DNA of 32,000 nt from Wallemia ichthyophaga EXF-994 (Eukaryota; Fungi; Basidiomycota): contig NW_008806289.1 in NCBI RefSeq assembly GCF_000400465.1, positions 90,001-122,000 on the forward strand. Direction: 5' to 3'. Numbering within the stretch: position 1 is the first letter of the stretch; the number at the start of each line of letters is the position of its first letter. The notes beneath the pieces were generated by a model, which had not been told where the DNA came from, searched no databases, and was given only the letters and a program-made list of their open reading frames with translations. Shown one piece after another: positions 24,452 through 32,000 of this stretch. A program made the translations under genes and the position numbers.

Positions 24452-26193
24452 TCAAAAATCGTTAATATCATTAAAGTAGTCATCGCAATCGCTAGCACTA
24501 GCACTAGCAATACTACTACTACCACCAACCTCCAAGCGTTCTGGATATTGTCTACTGAACCTTTCCAAGCGCTTGGTGAGTTGCTGAGCCACGTCCAACT
24601 CACCATAACCACCTAATCCATCATCATCGCTTGATCCACTGCTAAAGTCGTCGAATATGTCATTATACCTGTTGTTATATCCAAACGACATTCTCCTTTG
24701 ATACTCCCATTCATCCATCTCGTAATCATCGTAATTATCCACATCTTCTGGCGGGAAGGGTGAGGGAAGTGGTCGGCAAATATCATCATGTTCATCCGAT
24801 AAATCTATCTTGAATTTCCATTTGCCAACTCCATTCCAACCAGTGCCGGCTCCACTCACTGCTGACGGCGAGCAGCAGCCCGAGGACATGGGCGACACGC
24901 AGCTAGATTGAAGGGATAGAGAGGGTGTAGCTGATTTACTTTTACTGCTACTTCTAGCTTGAGCAGGGGCATTAGAATTAGCGTGTGCACGAGTGGAGCT
25001 GAATGAGAGTGCTCCTGGTGGATGTTTCCGACGTCGTCTCCCGCTTGCATTCGACGCAGATGAGTTGTGTCTACTGAGAAGAACTCGCGCCGCGAAACCC
25101 ATTCTCGATCCACTCCGGCTGCTCATAGCGCTAGCGCTAGCGCTCGCACTCCTGCTAGCACTCTTACTCCCACTCCTACTCCCTGCACTATCTGAAGTGT
25201 TGGAGGTATTTCTAAGCATCTGCGCAGGCTGTAAGTTAGTATTTCTGTGAGATTTTGATAGGGCTTTCTTCTTGTCGGGACTGAGCGAGAGTAGCACATC
25301 CCTCACGCAATCCTGGTAATCCTGCGTACTCTCATCTTGCCCCACTTGGTACAACGCAGGCAGTCGCCGCACCACCTCGTTCCACCGCCCTTCCCACCCT
25401 TTACACCGCTTCTCGATTTTCCACGTACCGAATTTGTGCGTGAAAGTGGTCTCGTACATCCTGAACAGTATCCGATCAATGCGCACGTAATGACGTTGGA
25501 GTACTTGAAAACCATCGTCGTCGACTCGCAGCGTTGCTGTGAGGGTTGTGTAGCCTGCACCGTCCATGGAGTCCTGGAAGAAAGTGATAGTGTTGCGTAT
25601 GGCGGTGGGGTCTGAGTCATGGTGAGAGTGATTGTTATCGTAATCGTGATTGGAATTGCCGCCGGTAGAATGATCGACATTGTTATCGTCATCGAGGAGA
25701 GGCGTAGCTGTATTGCTTGTGTAGGGTGTGTTTTCGAAGCTTCTCGTCGAGCTGCCTGAGTAGGTCGTAGTGTAAGTCCAGTCATAGTTCTTATCTGGTA
25801 GTTGCAGCTGTCTGTAGCGGCGTGGGGATAAGCAACGCTATGTGGTTCCCAAGAAAACTCACAGCTTCGTGCCCTCGTGCAACGCATACGCAACACGCTT
25901 GGCCTCCGCACCGCTCTTGTCGACGAGATTGAGCGCCGGGCGGGCGTAGAACCCCAGGGTGAAGTTGCTGAGTTTGTGCGCTATTCTGATCTGATTGTGC
26001 GGGTAGAGCAGCCGCGGTGGCTCAAAGCCGAGCTCTGCAGTGAAGCTGTGGAGTGTGATGAGTGGTGAGGGTGATAACAGCCGTGCACCCACCAATCGAA
26101 ATCACTGCCAGCCGCAGACGGCCCCTTTGTTACGTTGAATGTGAAATCGCTTGCGCTGAAGCCCTCGACGAGCCCATGATGAATATCGCTCAT
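24452..26193 (-). CDS. Divergent TIP41/TIPRL-family protein with long Ser/Arg-rich and acidic C-terminal extension; introns 26046..26092 and 25812..25862; about 547 aa
   Basis: Splicing joins ELGFEPPRLLYPHNQIRIAH (cf. LG..PEMxFGxN), the hallmark YDWTYTTTYSG, and LQRHYVRIDRILFRMYET (cf. RFFLRVDxVLFRxxDT). The start ATG is uncertain because in-frame ATGs lie upstream. Confidence 0.7.
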
Positions 26194-26371
26194 CGTGGTG
26201 CTGGTGTAAGAATAAGTGTGATCATGTCGAGTCATGTGATTTGGAGATGTGGGCCAAGGGGAGTGTTTGTGGGTGGATGGGATTGCAGATCTCTTGTAAC
26301 ATCCAGCCATCTCTCAGTATTCACATGTTGGAGGATCATTGTATCCTACCACCATCACCACCAACATCCAC

Positions 26372-27985
26372 ATGGCTAAATCGAAATCCAGCGATGAAAC
26401 CAGCGCAGGCGATAAAGTGAGCATCTCCAATACTCAATCACCCTCCTCTAAGCTCAAGCCGTAGCAGCTTTTCTTCGTCGATACACAGCCAGACGAGCAG
26501 GCCAAGGAGAATGTACCAGCCACCGACGCAAACGACTCAAACGACGCAAACGACGCAGACAATTCCATCTCTCACCTTACCCTACCTGACTACATAAACG
26601 TAAATCTCGATGACCCCGCAGACACTCAAAACCATAAAATAAGAGTTTTGGACGGTGACGACAAGGAATATACTGAGAATGAGAGCGATTTCGTCGACGT
26701 CGATCAGCACGGCGCTGGTCCGGTGAGATACTTCCAAGAAGACGTCAATCGCCATGAGTACACGGTTTGTAGGACTTGCAAGCAGACTGGGCACTTGAGC
26801 AAGGACTGTCCTCACATAATTTGCCTCACTTGTGGCGCAGTCGATGAGCACAGAGAGAGGGACTGTCCCATTTCGCTCGTTTGTTACAACTGTGAGTCGT
26901 TTATACGCTTTGTTCTTGTTGATTCCTGACATTGTGCTAAGGCGGCGGGCGTGGCCATTTTGCTAGAGTGGGTTGCTTACGTGTTCTACACTCCATTCCA
27001 TCTAACACCCCGCAGAACTGCACTGTTCCGAAACAGAAAGACTCCAGACTTAGCTGCCGTAGGTGTGGCTCGCCTAGTCACCAAACGAGGGTGTGTATAT
27101 ACTGTCACCACACACCCATGTCAAACTCACTCCATCGTAGGCATGTCTCACTCTCTGGAGGATCTACCAGTACGTAGACGCCGAGCATTTCGACAGCAAA
27201 CCGCAGAAAGAGTCTAAGGATGATGCCGAGCACAAAGACATTCAACAAGCTCGAACGGAGATGTGGTGCTACAACTGCGCGGACTCGGGTCATTTAGGCG
27301 ATGACTGCGACATGAGAAGAGGGTGTCCGATCCCACTTATTGAGCCATCCGCCTTCTCCGAGCAAAACCTCTTCAGTGGTCCGTTCAAGACTGCACTCAT
27401 AGGCGATAAGAAGAAGGGGCGGAATGGTAGCAACGGTGACAAGAACAGCAACAGCAACACCAACGCATACCGAAGAGCCAAACACCTCGATAGAGCTAGT
27501 GGCTATCCTCCCAACACGCGCATACCTGACCGCGGCGGCCCTGGGACCGAGAGGAGGCGTAAAGAGAAAGAGCACCTCAAGCGACTCGAAGAGAGCAGTG
27601 ATGATAGCGATGATTACGACAGATATGTAGCAGATATCAATGGAATTGGTCAAGGTCCACCAAGAAAGTCGAGGAAAAACAGGTCCGGACAGAGGGAGCC
27701 AAGGAGAGGTAAAGATAGCGGAAGAGAGAGTGGGGGCAGCTGGAGCAAAAACGAGGTTGACAAGGGGAGTGATAGGGATAGCCTACTTGACTCTCGGCGG
27801 CGGCAAGCGTGAGTTGCTGTGTTAAGTATTTACCACTGCTAACACACCACTCCTATCGCAGCCCTAACCCTCCTCCACCACGGTTCGGTAGATACGAGGA
27901 TAATTATAGGAGCTACAAGAATATAGACAGACCGAAATCGACAGGAAGCAGGTCTACGTGGAGAGGCGGATACGGGAAGCGTTGA
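26372..27985 (+). CDS. TRAMP complex zinc-knuckle protein Air1/Air2-like; introns 26417..26464, 26892..26941, 26968..27015, 27091..27140, 27809..27861
   Basis: Five CCHC knuckles after splicing (CRTC..H..C, CLTC.., CYNCGGRGHFARNC, CRRCGSPSHQTRAC, CYNCADSGHLGDDC); LWRIY linker; GHLGDDC; SAFS; C-terminal WRGGY. Confidence 0.85.
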
Positions 27986-28306
27986 AGGGGAAGCAGGGAA
28001 GGCGTATCAATTATTGTAGAAGAAATGAACGGATTTTTCATAGAAAGCGTCGTTTAGTCGGCTGAATTAGTCGAGTGGATGCCAAGTAACCTAACCCTAA
28101 TTGATATCCCTATTGAAGTACAGCACATCAGATTAAAACAAGATGAAGGCATAGTACAAGTAAATTCTAACGCTTTGTGACAATCGCGGGCAACTCACGC
28201 ACACAACAAGGTACCGCACTGCCGCCAAGAGCGGTTCTATTTAGGGTGCAGACTATTTTTGTCGGGGATTGCAACTTGAACTGATACTACCAAGGTTTAA
28301 CAAAGA

Positions 28307-28675
28307 ATGTCGTATTATCCACCACAGCCAGTGAGTTTGTACACTTGTGTCACTTTGTCTTGCTTAGCGGAAACACAAGCAAGGGTACTACCCACAGCAG
28401 CCAATGCCACCACCACCGATGGCATATGGGCCACCGCCGCCACAGCAAGAGAGCAATTCTGGGTGAGTTTTTGGCGCTTTCTAACAATTTTCAGCTGATA
28501 AGTGTAGTTGCTGCGGAGGTGAGTGGGCTGAGTTGACGGGGATTAGACATTAACCAAATACTCTAAAGGTTGTTGCACTTGCTGTTGCGACACTATACGC
28601 AATTGCTGCCTTTGCTTCATCGGTACGCTCTGCTGTTGCTTTGCTGCAGAAGAACTGGAAGACTGTTTGTGCTGA
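28307..28675 (+). CDS. Small CYSTM-type (Pro/Gln/Tyr-rich head, Cys-rich tail anchor) protein; four exons, not represented in the ORF track
   Basis: MSYYPPQP | ..QGYYPQQPMPPPPMAYGPPPPQQESNS G|CCG G|CCTCCCDTIRNCCLCFIGTLCCCFAAEELEDCLC*. GTGAGT donors at 28331, 28463 and 28519. Acceptors of introns 1 and 2 are ambiguous. Confidence 0.8.
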
Positions 28676-28745
28676 GGAGAGCGACGATATAATTTCGGTA
28701 TACCACGATAAATGCATACATTGTGCTCTGTTTAATATTTAATTT

Positions 28746-30632
28746 ATGTGTCTACGCCCATTTACTCGACAGCCATGTACTCAGCCAGCAACAAACGCGC
28801 TGACAGCCAATTTAAGCAAAGGCGGGAGAGCTTTACTGGCGATGGATTCACCAAGATATCCAATAGAGGTTGGTTCACTGGCTGCCATCGTCTTACCCAC
28901 CTCACCCACCACCACAGCACCGATACCAACTTTCTCCAAGAACAAGCAGGATTTCCTCATCAGCAACCTTCCTAACCTAGAGCGCACTAAAAACCCAAGC
29001 TTCAATATGTACGGTGGACACGTTCCCTCTTCCAGCGACAGCGAGAGCAACTCCCACCTCTATTTCGCTATGGTAGAGGCAAGACACAAGACGGACAAGA
29101 CGCGCACTATCTTCTGGTTTAACGGCGGTCCCGGCTGCAGCTCATTCGATGCGCTAATGATGGAAGTTGGCCCATTTAATCTGATTAAGGATGATAACCA
29201 TCAGCTCAGACTAAAGGAGAAAGACTACGGTTGGCACGAGTACGCTAATATCGTCTTCATCGATCAACCAGTCGGCACTGGATTCAGTTACGCACAGACA
29301 GACAGCTACGTACGCGAACTCGACCAAGCTGCCGATCAGTTCCTCAATTTTCTCAACAACTTCTACGAAATATTCCCAGACCTTGCAAACTCAGATACAT
29401 ACATCAGCGGTGAATCTTACGCCGGTCAATACATCCCTTATTTCGCCAAGAAGTTGATCGATACTCCAAATGTCCCCTTAGAGCTTAAAGGTCTCATTAT
29501 CGGTAATGGCTGGATAGACCCCATCAATCAATACCCCGCTTATGCTGAGTTTGCACACAACGAGGGCATCATCCAACCGGGCACAAAGGCAGACAAACAA
29601 TTCATGGATGTCGTCGAACAGTGCCAGAATGCTATTGCTGGCTCTCTCGAACGTGAAAGCCAGACAGGTGTTCTCCCCATCTACATCCCTCAATGCGAGA
29701 GTGTTATGGATCAGATTACAGCCTCACATCGTAAAGTTGAGAATGGGCATCCGACCTGTATGAATATCTACGACTATAGACTTAGGGACTCAGATCCATC
29801 CTGTGGTATGAATTGGCCTAATGAACTGCACGACGTCACTGCATATTTGAGACAAGAAAACGTTGCCAAGGCATTCCATGCACGCGCAAAGCCCGAATCA
29901 TGGACCGAGTGTGACATAAAAGTTTCCACTCAGTTGAGGGCTGACCACTCAACAGCATCTGTTCGGTTACTTCCTGAAATACTCAAGCACACCAGCATAC
30001 TTCTTTTCGCTGGTGACAAGGATATCATCTGCAACTACCAGGGCATAAAGAACCTAATTGACAACCTCGAGTGGAACGAAGGAAAAGGATTCTCTGACGA
30101 AAGTGAAACCGAGTTGTGGTCATTACACGGTGATCCAGTCGGTGAATGGCAATCTGAAAGAAACCTCACCTACGTGCGTGTATACAATGGATCGCATATG
30201 GTTCCGATAGATGCGCCAGAAGCTATGCTTGATCTCGTTACCCGATACATGCAAGTGGATATCACGGCGGTGCAATCAGATGATCTTTACGACTTTGACA
30301 GCGTCGTTGGAGAGTCGAATCAAGTGGGCGAGAGTGATTCCGATAGTTTCGCAAACTCGCACAAAAAGAGTGGTGCTTTGTTCCTGCTAGTCATTATCAT
30401 CGCTGTCGCCGTCGCTGCTTTCGTATGGCTTAGACGGAGAAGAAGGCAGATGCTCGTGCATGACTATAGCCAACTGCGCGCTAATACGGCTCTCGCACAC
30501 GAAGATAATGAGAATCGTCGCAAGTCTGACGAACGTGTCGAATCAGAGAGATTATTCGATGTCGGCAGCGACATTGATAGCGATCAAGATCAAGATCAAA
30601 ATCAAGGTGAGACGAGTAAGCATAGAGAGTGA
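28746..30632 (+). CDS. KEX1: Kex1-type serine carboxypeptidase (S10) with C-terminal transmembrane segment
   Basis: WFNGGPGCSS, IDQPVGTGFSY, catalytic GESYAG, GDKDIICN, NGSHMVP; TM ALFLLVIIIAVAVAAFVWL followed by RRRRR. True start codon uncertain. Confidence 0.88.
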   Translation: MCLRPFTRQPCTQPATNALTANLSKGGRALLAMDSPRYPIEVGSLAAIVLPTSPTTTAPIPTFSKNKQDFLISNLPNLERTKNPSFNMYGGHVPSSSDSESNSHLYFAMVEARHKTDKTRTIFWFNGGPGCSSFDALMMEVGPFNLIKDDNHQLRLKEKDYGWHEYANIVFIDQPVGTGFSYAQTDSYVRELDQAADQFLNFLNNFYEIFPDLANSDTYISGESYAGQYIPYFAKKLIDTPNVPLELKGLIIGNGWIDPINQYPAYAEFAHNEGIIQPGTKADKQFMDVVEQCQNAIAGSLERESQTGVLPIYIPQCESVMDQITASHRKVENGHPTCMNIYDYRLRDSDPSCGMNWPNELHDVTAYLRQENVAKAFHARAKPESWTECDIKVSTQLRADHSTASVRLLPEILKHTSILLFAGDKDIICNYQGIKNLIDNLEWNEGKGFSDESETELWSLHGDPVGEWQSERNLTYVRVYNGSHMVPIDAPEAMLDLVTRYMQVDITAVQSDDLYDFDSVVGESNQVGESDSDSFANSHKKSGALFLLVIIIAVAVAAFVWLRRRRRQMLVHDYSQLRANTALAHEDNENRRKSDERVESERLFDVGSDIDSDQDQDQNQGETSKHRE

Positions 30633-30698
30633 TAGAAATTGTTTCTAGTGAACATAAAGAAATTTAAATATGGGAATATCTATGCATATTAAGATATA

Positions 30699-32000
30699 TT
30701 ACACCTCGGACACTTGTTCCACATAACTGCTCGTTACATCCTCTGCATACACGAGTGCATCCTTGCTTGACTGTCCTTGTCCATCACCACTACCATTGTT
30801 CTCTCCAGTTATCTGCATGATAAAGGCACTGCGCTCCAAAACCGCTGCTGAAGGTCTAGCAGCGTGGTCAGTTTCGAAAGTCTGTCTCAAGAAATCCTTA
30901 GCGTCGTCGCTAATATCGTCTGGAATGGTAGGTGAAGCTGAACTACCGATTTTAAAAATAGCCTGCATTTGATTGAGTGTAGGGAAGGGGTGCTCCCCCG
31001 TAAGCATCTCGACTATGAGACAACCAAGTGACCATATATCAGCTTTGCGAGTATATGGTTCTTGCTTCACTACTTCAGGCGCCATCCAAAAGACAGATCC
31101 TTGTAAACTCTGTCTAACTTTTTTGTTAACTCCGAATAAATTATCCGTTACCTTTTTCTTGGAAATTCCAAAATCCGATATCTTTACTCCGCCCTTATTG
31201 TCGACGAGGATATTAGCTCCTTTTATATCACGATGTATGATGCCTTTCGTGTGAAGGTAGTTCAATCCTGTCAAGATTTGTTTGACAAAGTTGCGCACGA
31301 GCTCTTCTTCAAAAGCGCCGTAGTTCTGCAGGAGCGCTGCAACACTCCCGCCTGGTACGTACTCCAAGAAGATATTCAGACAGCTCTCATCGAGGGACGA
31401 GTCTGAGATGTCGAGTCAGTCTGAGGAAGAAGCACAGTATCTCCCAAAAAAAACCCACCTAAGTACTGCACGATATTGCTATGCTTGAGCACCTTCAACA
31501 GTTCGATTTCACGTTCGAGAGCATCGAGCATGGATTTCTTGCGCGGCTCGACATACACGCTGCCCTCACCATCGCCACTTCCATTTCCATTTCCAGCAGG
31601 AAGATCGACCTGCTTGACAGCCATGAGTAGACCGGTCGACTTATTCATACCGAGGAAGACACTACCGAACGATCCACTGCCGATGAGCGCACCTTTATGC
31701 CACTTGATGGGTTTTCGCTCTCCATGTCCACCGCTATCGTCTTCATCTTCGTCCGTAGTCACTAATGACTGGTCCTGCTCATTCTCATCTCCCTCCGCAC
31801 CCAGTCCGACGGATGGCCTGCGCAGGAAGTTATCCCCAATTGCCGATGGTGGCTCGAGCGGTGACGCTGGTCGTGAATCAGAGTATGATTGTGATTGTGA
31901 TTGTGATCGCGTGATTGACTGCGATTGCGATACGGCGTCCGTCTGCTCAGAGGCACCCGAGGCTAGTGAGCGCGATGAGGGCGCGGGCGAGACTTGCGAG
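30699..32000 (-). CDS. STE11: STE11/Byr2-type MAP kinase kinase kinase, 3' part (5'-truncated); intron 31403..31458
   Basis: [88 protein letters not shown]. The kinase frame stays open to the window end. Confidence 0.88.
31884..31906 (-). repeat. Hexamer microsatellite (TCACAA)n encoding SQ repeats in STE11
   Basis: gattgtgattgtgattgtgat on the + strand. Confidence 0.6.

Noticed and set aside
28083-28100. Telomere-like TAACCTAACCCTAA
   Set aside because: Fewer than two perfect units; consistent with chance.
30632-30699. KEX1 and STE11 adjacent, both linked to pheromone biology, suggesting a mating-type locus
   Set aside because: Convergent orientation, and no pheromone, receptor or homeodomain gene in the window; cannot be supported without flanking sequence.

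Overview
Gene-dense eukaryotic DNA from a compact fungal genome. Protein similarities and the ~33 inferred GT-AG introns, nearly all 45-60 nt, point to a basidiomycete; Wallemia-like is my inference and is not verified. I reconstruct 18 protein-coding genes by hand: NAM9 (partial), an MBP1/Res-type APSES-ankyrin factor, SLA1, GUK1, an NAD(P)HX dehydratase, a LETM1-domain protein, a 204-aa orphan, a vWA protein, a Gti1/Pac2 (WOPR) factor, THI4, MDM34, RICTOR/AVO3, MAS1, TOM20, a divergent TIP41, AIR1/2, a CYSTM peptide gene not represented in the ORF track, KEX1 and an STE11-type MAPKKK (partial). I found no mobile elements, tRNA, rRNA or CRISPR arrays. The strongest signal is a TPP riboswitch aptamer with atypical P4/P5 sequence inside the only long (199-nt) intron, in the coding region of THI4. 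It is bracketed by mutually exclusive pairing elements and followed by a stop-introducing alternative acceptor and a 12-nt microexon. Also notable are three MCB boxes at exact 21-bp spacing upstream of an orphan carrying APC/C-degron-like motifs, a divergent TIP41 with a ~300-aa tail, and very tight head-to-head gene pairs. All exon boundaries are read from splice motifs and frame logic, without transcript data.
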